A DNA stretch of 64,000 nucleotides from positions 45,555-109,554 of IMG/VR virus record IMGVR_UViG_3300020439_000003, one strand, 5' to 3'. This DNA is from a virus. The notes under the pieces were generated by a model. It was not told the DNA's origin. It searched no databases and saw only the letters and a list, made by a program, of their open reading frames with translations. Of this stretch, positions 1 through 8,253 are shown one piece after another. Within the stretch, counting starts at the first letter, position 1. Every line of letters starts with the position of its first letter. The position numbers and the translations under genes are program-made.

Positions 1-1884
1 TTCGATGACGATTGAGGGATTTATGTACCCTCTACCACCATTGATGATAGAAATACTCTGGATTTCCCCATTCTTATTGACGATACACTCTACTTTTGCC
101 TCATCAATCGACTGTTGGTTGACCAATGCGGTCTTATCGATCTCTACTTTGTAGTATGTGATCTTCTTAGGGAACTCATATACACCAAAAAACCCTGCTC
201 GGTCGGGAACTCCGTACCCAGCAAGCACATTTGCACTCTTTCCAAAGCGTCCAGGGGCAGTAATGACCTGATTTGTGGTAAATTTATCGCCACTTCCGCG
301 CAGTTCCATGTAACCGCAACGTAATTTGTTACCAAAATACGCAACTTCGTTGATTTCCCACCCGTTGATAGTGTCTCCTGCCTCAAAACTATCACCATCG
401 CGGGTTGTATAGCGGAACAAGATGCGTTTTGTGTCAGTATCTACGTTCTTAAATGATTCATAGATGCCTCCACCACTTCCATCAGTGAGTTCTAGACGTG
501 TATTTGTCGTTTTCCAACTGTCTTCACGGATTTCATAGAAGTGAGAATGATATTCCTGAGTAGGAGTGATCAGATTTTCATCACATACGCAAGTATTTCG
601 CCCCGAACCATCACTCAATGAGACAGATTTGTTCGGACAACAGTTACGATTAGACAGAGAATACTGGATGGAAAAGATCGGACCTTTCCATGGATATGAA
701 GTATCGTAGATGTAATAACAGAACTGAGAATCAAATAGAGTATGGAATTCTAGGTACTTTGGCACTGCTGCCTTGACAGCACCGTTCTTACCATAGATCC
801 ATTCAAAGTATGCATCAGTATTAGTATTAGGACATTTCTGTGGATCACCCCAACCAAAGTCTGGGTGGTGGTGTACAGAAGGAGAACCCCAGTATCTGTA
901 ACCCCTACGTTGTACGGGATCGGGGTTTAGTGGTCCTGCATCAGCATCATACTGATACTCATAGTTTTTATGAGTGTAGATACCTGATCCATCATAGTTC
1001 CAGTTATACCAACCTGCCCTTGTACCATATCCAACAGGTGATCCATATCCCACAGGTCCAATCAAACCTTGGTCACGAACGTTCTTACGGTTACCCTGTC
1101 CTAGGTCTTCTTTGAATACCCATCCAACAATACCAACATAACTGTAATCCTGATCTCTGGGGTCCTTACAATCAGGCACACCCGAGACGCCAGTCTGCAA
1201 GTTTACTTCTTGCGTCGGGTCGGCGGTGTAAAAATGGTCCCTTTTTGCGTTGCTAGTTCCCCTGTAATACTCATACAGAGGTACAGCTGATTCATCAGCA
1301 TCCGCGAAATCGTTTGCATGGCTTTGACTTGTGTAAATGTATCCAACAATTCCTACCTGAACATATCCACTACCATAACTGCTCTGAGTGGATAGTACAG
1401 AGTCATTACGATCGTTCTCATAGTGATGATACAGAGGTTGTGTCTTACTACCCTTATCACTACGAGCGATATAGAATGCAGGTCTTCCATTACGAGGTTC
1501 ATGGTTATATCCCTTAGAGACATTACCACTCTCCCCTGGGAAGTCCTCAGGAAATCTTAATTCTTCTTTATTGGTGTACTTGTGGTCTCTATTACTGCTA
1601 TCACCTGATCCGCGATAGTAGCGGTAGATGGGCATTCTCTCGTAGTCGCACTCACCTACACACTGCTGCTCTTGATCACCAATGTAGTATACCTTATCCT
1701 CACCAAAAATTGACGTACCAGGTCCTTCATCATTGAAGGTGATTTGATAGTTCGTTCCTGGTCCGCTATGGTGGGCGTATGATTCATATTTACCGTAAGA
1801 CGGGCGATCCCAATTCTTTTGGTATTCATTCCCCGAATCGATGTTCGGGAAAGATCGCCCTGTCTCACTGATAAAAATACTCAT
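1..1884 (-). CDS. large virion structural protein, runs off the window edge and is missing from the ORF track
   Basis: The ATG at 1884 overlaps the upstream stop (TAATG). It reads MSIFISETGRSFPNIDSG...MPIYRYYRG...DHKYT, and the same frame ends ...NGEIQSISIINGGRGYINPSIVIE at position 1, a GxGY repeat typical of cyanophage baseplate/tail proteins. Both ends were translated by hand. Confidence 0.8.
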   Translation of the reverse strand, partial: MSIFISETGRSFPNIDSGNEYQKNWDRPSYGKYESYAHHSGPGTNYQITFNDEGPGTSIFGEDKVYYIGDQEQQCVGECDYERMPIYRYYRGSGDSSNRDHKYTNKEELRFPEDFPGESGNVSKGYNHEPRNGRPAFYIARSDKGSKTQPLYHHYENDRNDSVLSTQSSYGSGYVQVGIVGYIYTSQSHANDFADADESAVPLYEYYRGTSNAKRDHFYTADPTQEVNLQTGVSGVPDCKDPRDQDYSYVGIVGWVFKEDLGQGNRKNVRDQGLIGPVGYGSPVGYGTRAGWYNWNYDGSGIYTHKNYEYQYDADAGPLNPDPVQRRGYRYWGSPSVHHHPDFGWGDPQKCPNTNTDAYFEWIYGKNGAVKAAVPKYLEFHTLFDSQFCYYIYDTSYPWKGPIFSIQYSLSNRNCCPNKSVSLSDGSGRNTCVCDENLITPTQEYHSHFYEIREDSWKTTNTRLELTDGSGGGIYESFKNVDTDTKRILFRYTTRDGDSFEAGDTINGWEINEVAYFGNKLRCGYMELRGSGDKFTTNQVITAPGRFGKSANVLAGYGVPDRAGFFGVYEFPKKITYYKVEIDKTALVNQQSIDEAKVECIVNKNGEIQSISIINGGRGYINPSIVIE

Positions 1885-2132
1885 TAGGGTTCTAAGACTT
1901 TGATGCGCTCTTCCAACATATTTAGACGCACATACAGGTCATCTAGTAGTTCCCGCATATTGAGATAGTCTTCATACCCCTCTGGTTTATATTTAATCAT
2001 CTCTGCGCCAGGAGGAGGGATTTTTGCAAGGACCCCTTCTACCGTAGCAATACGAGTCGCAAGATTCTCTAATCCCTTAGAGATCATCTTAATATGCTCA
2101 ACGTACGACTCTTCAAATGTTTTCTCAGACAT
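1884..2132 (-). CDS. hypothetical coiled-coil protein
   Basis: 82-aa ORF, translationally coupled to the downstream gene. Confidence 0.7.
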   Translation of the reverse strand: MSEKTFEESYVEHIKMISKGLENLATRIATVEGVLAKIPPPGAEMIKYKPEGYEDYLNMRELLDDLYVRLNMLEERIKVLEP

Positions 2133-2152
2133 AATAAGGTTGAACGCGGTTT

Positions 2153-2329
2153 TTACGGTTTTTCTGTACCCTCGGATTTTTTTAGAACGACAGACCCATC
2201 AGTCTCTTCGCTCCACTCTAACTCAGTCCCCTCATACCATCCAAGATCTTCCATCAATTCAGCAGGCAGAGTAATAGACATATCTCCGAAGTCGTCTACC
2301 TCCACAGGTAGCGTAAATCTTTTGCTCAT
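2153..2329 (-). CDS. AbrB/MazE/SpoVT-like DNA-binding protein
   Basis: ITLPAELMEDLGWYEGTELEW...DGSVVLKK swapped-hairpin pattern. Confidence 0.7.
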   Translation of the reverse strand: MSKRFTLPVEVDDFGDMSITLPAELMEDLGWYEGTELEWSEETDGSVVLKKSEGTEKP

Positions 2330-2355
2330 AGCACATATAGTGGCTAGTGTCATTT

Positions 2356-2874
2356 TTATATAGGAGCAGGATAATTTACAGCGTGTGGAGAACGTAACAC
2401 TAACTCTGTCATTCTATGATAGAAAGAGTGTATAGTCAAGTCTACAATCTTGCTTGGATCCAACCATGCATGATGTAGCATATATCCATGTCCCAGGTAA
2501 ATACCGCTATGATTGCATAATCTATCCTGCTTGCTGGAATAACCCCCTTCTAGGCGCTCTAAGTGCAGTCTCATGACCATCATGTCACCATACTGTAAGT
2601 CTGAGAAAGGTGGGGGATCACTATCACATGTACCTGTATAGACATGAATGACTCCATCCTCTAATCGCTCTGCCTGATCCTCAATAAACGATGGGTCAAA
2701 CAATGCCCGCCGATGTAACTTCGGATAGTCTCTGAGTGTTAGATTAAACTTCTTCTGATAAAACTCCATGCAGATGCCATAACAGTCACCTACCTTCATC
2801 TTATCTTTATACCATGGACGACCTACCCATTCGCCCCAGACCTCATTCATTTCATCTAAGGTAGGTCTAGACAT
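2356..2874 (-). CDS. NlpC/P60 (C40) cysteine peptidase, lambda gpK-like domain
   Basis: W-x-GRPW...GDCYGI (catalytic Cys), LQYGD, NHSGIYLGHGYMLHH (catalytic His). Confidence 0.8.
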   Translation of the reverse strand: MSRPTLDEMNEVWGEWVGRPWYKDKMKVGDCYGICMEFYQKKFNLTLRDYPKLHRRALFDPSFIEDQAERLEDGVIHVYTGTCDSDPPPFSDLQYGDMMVMRLHLERLEGGYSSKQDRLCNHSGIYLGHGYMLHHAWLDPSKIVDLTIHSFYHRMTELVLRSPHAVNYPAPI

Positions 2875-3313
2875 TCTTCTTGCCTACAATCGTAGTGCCA
2901 ACATGTTTCATATGAGGTGTAACAGTTTTATTCCTTTTCCTACCCTTAGTTCTATCCTTCTCTTCCCTCGTCTTTTCCTTATGACAGTCAACACATAACA
3001 ACTGACATTTACTTAATTCCTCCATAATACTATCATGCCTCCTTAACCACATACTACTGGTTCTTAATGTCTTATCCTCTGGACGCTTATGATCGATTTC
3101 CAGATTCTCTGTGGTGCCACACTTCACACACTTACCACCCATCACACCAACATAGTACGCTCTATTCTCTCTCATCTTAATCTTATTGCGTTCTCGGTAA
3201 TAATCCTTATGGCATTGCTTACAGTGACCTAAATGTCCGTCCCTGGTGCAACTGTAATACTCTGTGAGTGGTTTGGTCTTGTGACACCATTTACATGTTT
3301 TCTCTTGGGTCAT
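2867..3313 (-). CDS. HNH homing endonuclease with N-terminal zinc finger
   Basis: CxxC pairs; CVKCGTTENLEIDHKRP...KCQLLCVDCHKEKT. Confidence 0.85.
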   Translation of the reverse strand: MTQEKTCKWCHKTKPLTEYYSCTRDGHLGHCKQCHKDYYRERNKIKMRENRAYYVGVMGGKCVKCGTTENLEIDHKRPEDKTLRTSSMWLRRHDSIMEELSKCQLLCVDCHKEKTREEKDRTKGRKRNKTVTPHMKHVGTTIVGKKNV

Positions 3314-3532
3314 GGGGGTCTTTCGTGAATATGATACGTAGAGTCTCTACGAGACAATCCCAGATATATGCAAGCTCGACCCTGAGGGTGATCTTACTAC
3401 CTGGGAAATTTTTTGTGGATGGGGTTTGCGAATTCATGAATAATATATCGACCGCTCTGGGATACTGTTATAGCTTAGAAAGAAGGTACTTTCTTAATAA
3501 CCGCCCACGGCGGGGTCAACGAAGGGGACAAA

Positions 3533-3727
3533 TTAACTGTCCCCAGTGACTACTTCATAACAGAATCCTTCTAAGATCATGTACTCACACCACTGTGTAT
3601 ATTGGTGGAGTTGTTGATACAGATCTGTGTCAATTAGGAACTGCGCTAACTCTATCTGTTCATCGGGTGGGAGTGATCCAGAGTCATAAAGATCGAGGAG
3701 AACTTCATACTTAGTCGGGATGTTCAT
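3533..3727 (-). CDS. hypothetical protein
   Basis: 64-aa ORF within a coupled chain of small genes. Confidence 0.6.
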   Translation of the reverse strand: MNIPTKYEVLLDLYDSGSLPPDEQIELAQFLIDTDLYQQLHQYTQWCEYMILEGFCYEVVTGDS

Positions 3728-3891
3728 TGTGTTGAATAGTTGAGTGAATCTTTCAGTGCTTGTTGATAAGAACTAAATGGTCCATACTTAGGACAGTTGT
3801 CGTAATCGTATCGCCAAAAGTGTTTACGTCTGTCCTCCCATATTCTAACACAAACTGGGGGAGATGTGTCAAGTTGTATGGATTTACTCAT
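3724..3891 (-). CDS. small hypothetical protein (55 aa)
   Basis: Hand-translated MSKSIQLDTSPPVCVRIWEDRRKHFWRY...; ATGA overlaps with both neighbours. Confidence 0.6.
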   Translation of the reverse strand: MSKSIQLDTSPPVCVRIWEDRRKHFWRYDYDNCPKYGPFSSYQQALKDSLNYSTQ

Positions 3892-4019
3892 GTGCAATCG
3901 CCGATGGATTCTTCTTCAATAGTCTCGTAATACATGTCCTCATAAGTTAGACCATCGTCCTCATCATCTGGTTCATCGAGGATGTCGTCAATCCAGTCAA
4001 ATTGGGCAAATTCATTCAT
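3888..4019 (-). CDS. small, highly acidic protein (43 aa)
   Basis: Hand-translated MNEFAQFDWIDDILDEPDDEDDGLTYEDMYYETIEEESIGDCT; overlaps both neighbours. Confidence 0.6.
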   Translation of the reverse strand: MNEFAQFDWIDDILDEPDDEDDGLTYEDMYYETIEEESIGDCT

Positions 4020-4188
4020 AGTCAGTCTGGTCTAATCGTTGGTTCTTTTGTGTGTACTTAGTGTTGTAGTCTGTGGAAAACTCATCATCATAGTTGGATG
4101 ATTTCTTGGGGTTAAACTGTCGCTTTTCTCGGATAGATTTGGGGCGTCTGCTGTTATGCAGATCATTGCGTTTGTATGTCCGACCCAT
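4012..4188 (-). CDS. small basic protein (58 aa)
   Basis: Hand-translated MGRTYKRNDLHNSRRPKSIREKRQF...; lies downstream of a sigma70-like promoter. Confidence 0.6.
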   Translation of the reverse strand: MGRTYKRNDLHNSRRPKSIREKRQFNPKKSSNYDDEFSTDYNTKYTQKNQRLDQTDYE

Positions 4189-4228
4189 GGGAATTGCTCA
4201 GGTTGTGTTAACTGTGTAGAACTCTGTT

Positions 4229-4257
4229 AATGTAATCGATCTGGGCGAAACTGTCAA
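4229..4257 (-). promoter_or_regulatory. sigma70-like promoter
   Basis: TTGACA-17 bp-TACATT on the minus strand. Confidence 0.65.
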
Positions 4258-4293
4258 GTGTTACTGACAGTGAAAAATGTGTCCTCTATGTGT

Positions 4294-4322
4294 TTGACAA
4301 GGTGGGCGTGATAGGTTACACT
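4294..4322 (+). promoter_or_regulatory. sigma70-like promoter with no downstream plus-strand ORF
   Basis: TTGACA (4294-4299), 17 bp spacer, TACACT (4317-4322). Confidence 0.65.
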
Positions 4323-4342
4323 CCAAGGTGACAACAAATGTG

Positions 4343-4430
4343 CTATTTATTGAACTAAATGGAACACACATTTATATTTAATTGTATATTTAATTATTCC
4401 ACAGATTTGGGTGTTATCTGTGGAAAACTC
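4343..4430. other. AT-rich tract with DnaA-box-like 9-mers (candidate origin)
   Basis: TATTCCACA at 4395-4403 and TGTGGAAAA (reverse complement TTTTCCACA) at 4419-4427; another TGTGGAAAA at 4072-4080. Confidence 0.4.
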
Positions 4431-4507
4431 ATGTGTGAGTTACTGTGAAGTAACTGGGGAAATACTCGGGAGACGCTGATGCGTAAGGGAAGTGAGTATT
4501 TCTTACA

Positions 4508-5137
4508 TCATACGGGAATAACATTGAAAGTCAATGTAATTCTATTCTCTGATGGGTTAGACTCATAACCATGTGTAAGATTAGATGGATAGATGAGACA
4601 ATCTCCCTGAGAGTAAGGAACAGTTGCTTCTTGAAGATTGAATGCTGTCATTTGTTCAAACGGGAGCATCATTACAGGATACATTGCACTAACTACATTT
4701 CGTTTGAATTTAAGATAGGAGTGCGATTGATCGTTGTAGGAGATAAAGAACGTGCCTGAAAAAAGACAGTTTGAATGTTCATGAGGTGCATAGATTGCAC
4801 CTTGGTGTGCTACTTCTAGGTAGCAATCTGAGATCTCAAAGTTTGAAGCATAGCACAATCCTGATTCATTGTGTTTTCTTACTGCTTCAAGTAGTGTTGA
4901 TTTAAGGGCGGGAAGATCTGCGAGAATTTGATTCGTTTCGCCAATCTGTTGGACATTGTGACATAAAACCTGACGTTCTTTAATGTCTACAAAGTCTTGA
5001 TTTCTTGCCCATTTCAGAACATCATCAACATGATCTTTCATCTTATACTTTGTAACTGGGGTCATGAAAAGACCGTAAGTTTCAAAGTCGATTGCCTCAT
5101 TAAGATTAGAGGACAGATTAACAGGTTGCTGAGTCAT
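4508..5137 (-). CDS. 2OG-Fe(II) oxygenase, HxH type (TIGR02466-like)
   Basis: PHEHSN...IYPSNLTHGY...RITLTFN. Confidence 0.85.
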   Translation of the reverse strand: MTQQPVNLSSNLNEAIDFETYGLFMTPVTKYKMKDHVDDVLKWARNQDFVDIKERQVLCHNVQQIGETNQILADLPALKSTLLEAVRKHNESGLCYASNFEISDCYLEVAHQGAIYAPHEHSNCLFSGTFFISYNDQSHSYLKFKRNVVSAMYPVMMLPFEQMTAFNLQEATVPYSQGDCLIYPSNLTHGYESNPSENRITLTFNVIPV

Positions 5138-5274
5138 TTTAATTGAATGATGTAATCAATGCTGTACTATGTAGTATAACATGAAATGGGGGCATTGTAG
5201 GCGCTTGTAGGTGTCACTGAGAGCGTCAATCGTATTGTGTAGGATAGAGGGGAAATAGTTCTGACCAGTGATAA

Positions 5275-5430
5275 TTAACCGACGAACGCTGATTGTGTTG
5301 AATTCGTGGTGTAGGGGATGTCAAAATCTTCTCCGAACATTTCATAGTAGAATTGCGAGAAGATTGCGAAGTCGTCAGTTGCATTGTTGTTCCAGACTTT
5401 AAGGATTTCGTTGTAAGTTTGCTCAGTCAT
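5275..5430 (-). CDS. small hypothetical protein (51 aa)
   Basis: Hand-translated MTEQTYNEILKVWNNNATDDFAIFSQFYYEMFGEDFDIPY... Confidence 0.55.
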   Translation of the reverse strand: MTEQTYNEILKVWNNNATDDFAIFSQFYYEMFGEDFDIPYTTNSTQSAFVG

Positions 5431-5466
5431 AACGTTTGAGTAAGATGAATTGAAGAATGGAAATAA

Positions 5467-5790
5467 TCATGCGAAAGTGTAACCGTTGACGAAATCATGG
5501 GTGACGTTGTTGTCACGAACGAACCACTCAAAGTTCTTTTGAAAAACACCATCAGTGACGCCATTGCAGAAGCGGTTGATGATAGCATTGAGGCGAGATT
5601 TGGTGGTGTTAGTCTGCCAACCGCCATCAAATACGCGGAGGAAGTCATCACCGACTTCTGCAATTTTGTTGCCGTGAAGACGAACAACGGAAATGTTCTC
5701 TTCTTCGTTGAAGTGAACTGTGGTGTTGCCTGATGTCCAGTTTTTGGAATTAGCGATGGCGGTGTTCATTGCCTGCTCGATTTTACGCAT
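5467..5790 (-). CDS. early hypothetical protein (MRKIE family of cyanophages)
   Basis: MRKIE...LHGNKIA...DGGWQTNTTKSRLNAI; directly downstream of an early promoter. Confidence 0.75.
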   Translation of the reverse strand: MRKIEQAMNTAIANSKNWTSGNTTVHFNEEENISVVRLHGNKIAEVGDDFLRVFDGGWQTNTTKSRLNAIINRFCNGVTDGVFQKNFEWFVRDNNVTHDFVNGYTFA

Positions 5791-5817
5791 TTTTGTGTGA
5801 ATTTCTTTGACTCTTTA

Positions 5818-5875
5818 ATAATACACGATTTTGGGTGCTTAGCACCATGTTGTGTGCCGCTTATTTGATTGGCAC
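5818..5875 (-). promoter_or_regulatory. early promoter with upstream 22-bp palindrome
   Basis: Palindrome at 5854-5875 (GTGCCGCTTATTTGATTGGCAC); -10 TATTAT at 5818-5823. Confidence 0.7.
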
Positions 5876-6055
5876 AGGTTCGCACTCGTATCTGATGTTA
5901 TTCGGATAGGTTTTTCGTGCCCAATTAAGTACACGATTGTTCTGTGCTTTAATGCCCTTAGATGTCTTCGGAGTTGTGGGCATTGTCTTCGTCACTTGCA
6001 TCATTGTGAACTGGTCGTACATCCGAACCAGATACATTTGCGCGGTCGTTTTCAT
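5861..6055 (-). CDS. hypothetical protein
   Basis: MKTTAQMYLVRMYD...; its stop lies inside the palindrome. Confidence 0.6.
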   Translation of the reverse strand: MKTTAQMYLVRMYDQFTMMQVTKTMPTTPKTSKGIKAQNNRVLNWARKTYPNNIRYECEPVPIK

Positions 6056-6126
6056 TGTAAGAATCGGTGAATGAGTTCCAAAAATCCTCCCAATCTTTCG
6101 GGGAGTTAGTGACATCGACGATGTTC

Positions 6127-6360
6127 TTATTGTCCATTGAGAAAGTCATGCAATGCTTCATCGTATTCTGCTTGGGTTTGATACACTCTCCCGTGAATGT
6201 TGAGGGGGAAAGTCTTATCAACTCCTGCTGCTGCTACTGTCTCACAGTCAGCACGATCGTAACCCATTTCAATGAGATTTTCGACGTAAGGATTAGTCAC
6301 TGGTTTGTAGATAGAAAGGTTTGCTAATTCTTGGTTGAGATTGTTGAAAATGTCTTGCAT
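6127..6360 (-). CDS. hypothetical protein with UBA-like motif
   Basis: VENLIEMGYDRADCE. Confidence 0.6.
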   Translation of the reverse strand: MQDIFNNLNQELANLSIYKPVTNPYVENLIEMGYDRADCETVAAAGVDKTFPLNIHGRVYQTQAEYDEALHDFLNGQ

Positions 6361-6596
6361 TATACGATTTGAAATGTGTTGAGGTCGTTGCGATTGTCAC
6401 ATGCTTCCCATGCATTATAGAAAGAATCCCATGCGACTTCGTTATCAACAAACGAGGAAATATCCAGTTGCTCACATACCCAATCATATGCCATATCGAT
6501 GTCTGCATTTGTATCATTCACAAATGCTTCGAGTTGAGTGATAACATCGTTCCATGCTTCGATGTCATTGAAAGGGGAGAAGATTGGCGTTGCCAT
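6360..6596 (-). CDS. acidic early hypothetical protein
   Basis: MATPIFSPFNDIEAW...; follows a promoter. Confidence 0.65.
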   Translation of the reverse strand: MATPIFSPFNDIEAWNDVITQLEAFVNDTNADIDMAYDWVCEQLDISSFVDNEVAWDSFYNAWEACDNRNDLNTFQIV

Positions 6597-6618
6597 GTCG
6601 TTTCGTTTGATTGATCTT

Positions 6619-6697
6619 AGTATTGCAGATCTCAGCGCCTGCGGTAGTTCACGGTGATACAAAACCGTGAAATTGGGTCCAGTTAGATGACTGGCAC
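6619..6697 (-). promoter_or_regulatory. early promoter with palindrome
   Basis: Palindrome at 6676-6697 (GGTCCAGTTAGATGACTGGCAC), a second half-site GTGATAC at 6654, and -10 AATACT at 6619-6624. Confidence 0.6.
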
Positions 6698-7276
6698 CTC
6701 GGTGAGGTTGCTCACGCTGATTTCTTGATAATCTGCCTTGCAATTCTTTCCCTTAACATCATCAATGTCAAAATATAGGTCGATGATCTTAACAACCTTG
6801 CCATATTGTACGAAGAGAACATCATCAATCTTCGTGCGACTCTTTGCACTTACAACATCATCAAAACCTGCGATTTCACCAGTTGTTTTGAATCGTGGTG
6901 CAACTCGTGGGAGTACACTAACAAATAAAATCTTCTTGCAGTTCTTAGCGAGTGGAGAATAATAGAGTCTTGCTGCCTCTCCGATGGTAGTATTTGCGTA
7001 ATTCTTGATATTCTTGTTGACATTGCTGTTCATTGCCTTTGCAAGAATAGCACACACTAATTCACCATTATCATCAAAACCTGCGATGTCAATGTCAAAC
7101 GTGCCGCCGAATGCATCCTCGGGGAGTTTATACTCAAACTGCCAGTTTAGTTCAGCGAGATCAGGATTTGCGTTCAGAACCTCATTTAGGAGCACAGTGT
7201 GCAGTTCATCAGTACGCTTTGAAGAGCGAACATTTTGGAAGGAAGTTGTGAGAAAGTTTTCAAGAATCATTGCCAT
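6683..7276 (-). CDS. PD-(D/E)xK nuclease, type II restriction-endonuclease-like
   Basis: E..L.....FDIDIA...ILAKAMNSNVNKNIKNYANTTIGEA, resembling type II restriction enzyme cores. Confidence 0.55.
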   Translation of the reverse strand: MAMILENFLTTSFQNVRSSKRTDELHTVLLNEVLNANPDLAELNWQFEYKLPEDAFGGTFDIDIAGFDDNGELVCAILAKAMNSNVNKNIKNYANTTIGEAARLYYSPLAKNCKKILFVSVLPRVAPRFKTTGEIAGFDDVVSAKSRTKIDDVLFVQYGKVVKIIDLYFDIDDVKGKNCKADYQEISVSNLTEVPVI

Positions 7277-7293
7277 TTGTTTAACTTGAATAC

Positions 7294-7352
7294 ACAATAA
7301 AATGTGCTAAGCACATTTGCAACCGATCTTGTGACAGTTCATCAATCGTCCA
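7294..7352 (-). promoter_or_regulatory. early promoter with palindrome
   Basis: Palindrome at 7331-7352; TTGCAA -35; -10 TATTGT at 7294-7299. Confidence 0.65.
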
Positions 7353-7752
7353 TGGGGTTGCCTGTTCGCCAGTGTGTTCCCGCGCCTTTGTAATTTATCT
7401 CTTTTTTCTGTGAAAGTTTCATGATTTCTTGTGTCACTGGTTCATTGATATATGCTTCGATGAATTCTTTGCACTCACAAACTGTCTGACCAGTGTAACA
7501 TTGAACATATGAAAATTGTGGGTTCCGCGCTCTCACAATATAACGCGCATTGTCATCAATTCCTTCAATAATAAATGCGGCGAGTGGTTCACTCCATCCG
7601 CCCAACTCCGTAGGATCAGGGTAAATAACATCATCCTCAGTTACCCACACATATTCAATGTATTTGTGGCGGTCGATACGCAATGTGCGCTCAATGATGA
7701 GTTGGTCAGTCATTCTTTCAAGTTCGAGAAGTTTGTGTTTAATTCTACCCAA
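7342..7752 (-). CDS. hypothetical protein
   Basis: 136-aa ORF; its stop lies inside the palindrome. Confidence 0.65.
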   Translation of the reverse strand: MGRIKHKLLELERMTDQLIIERTLRIDRHKYIEYVWVTEDDVIYPDPTELGGWSEPLAAFIIEGIDDNARYIVRARNPQFSYVQCYTGQTVCECKEFIEAYINEPVTQEIMKLSQKKEINYKGAGTHWRTGNPMDD

Positions 7753-7962
7753 TTATCTGCCCTCGCTTAATTCATCTTCTAGCAAGTCAGGATAATACTC
7801 CTCGACTTCATTGATGAGTTCATTGACACTGTATTTCTCAAAGTTCTGCTCCAAAGTATCATAAACGAATTGCCACAAGTTCTTGTGATCCATGCCATCA
7901 ATGATGCGCTCAATGTAAGCGTCTTGCAATTCGTCGCGGTCGATGATGTTATCAGTGGTCAT
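7753..7962 (-). CDS. acidic hypothetical protein
   Basis: MTTDNIIDRDELQDAYIE...EVEEYYPDLLEDE. Confidence 0.7.
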   Translation of the reverse strand: MTTDNIIDRDELQDAYIERIIDGMDHKNLWQFVYDTLEQNFEKYSVNELINEVEEYYPDLLEDELSEGR

Positions 7963-8001
7963 GAGAATAACAGAAGGAAGGAGCATTGAATAAAGATAAT
8001 A

Positions 8002-8253
8002 TCAGCAAGCGAGACACATTGCTGAGTTGAAAAGTTGAGGTTCAGTGTGCATGTCGGTTACTTCGTAACCATAACCCTCCACACGGGAGTATACTTCACG
8101 ATTGAAATCTTTCTTCAACACATAACGCTTCGATTGAGATTGTCCCATGAATGTAACAGTCTTCAAAATGTAGCGGGTGCTGATCTCACCGTCAGCAAAC
8201 TTGACGGGGTAGAAGTCAACAACCATGTTTCCAGATTTGGCGGTGAGTTGCAT
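8002..8253 (-). CDS. early hypothetical protein
   Basis: MQLTAKSGNMVVDFYP...; follows a promoter. Confidence 0.7.
   Translation of the reverse strand: MQLTAKSGNMVVDFYPVKFADGEISTRYILKTVTFMGQSQSKRYVLKKDFNREVYSRVEGYGYEVTDMHTEPQLFNSAMCLAC

Noticed and set aside
5958-6221. Alternative ORF containing SPKDWEDFWNS
   Set aside because: It overlaps two better-supported genes in other frames, so I cannot support it as a separate gene.
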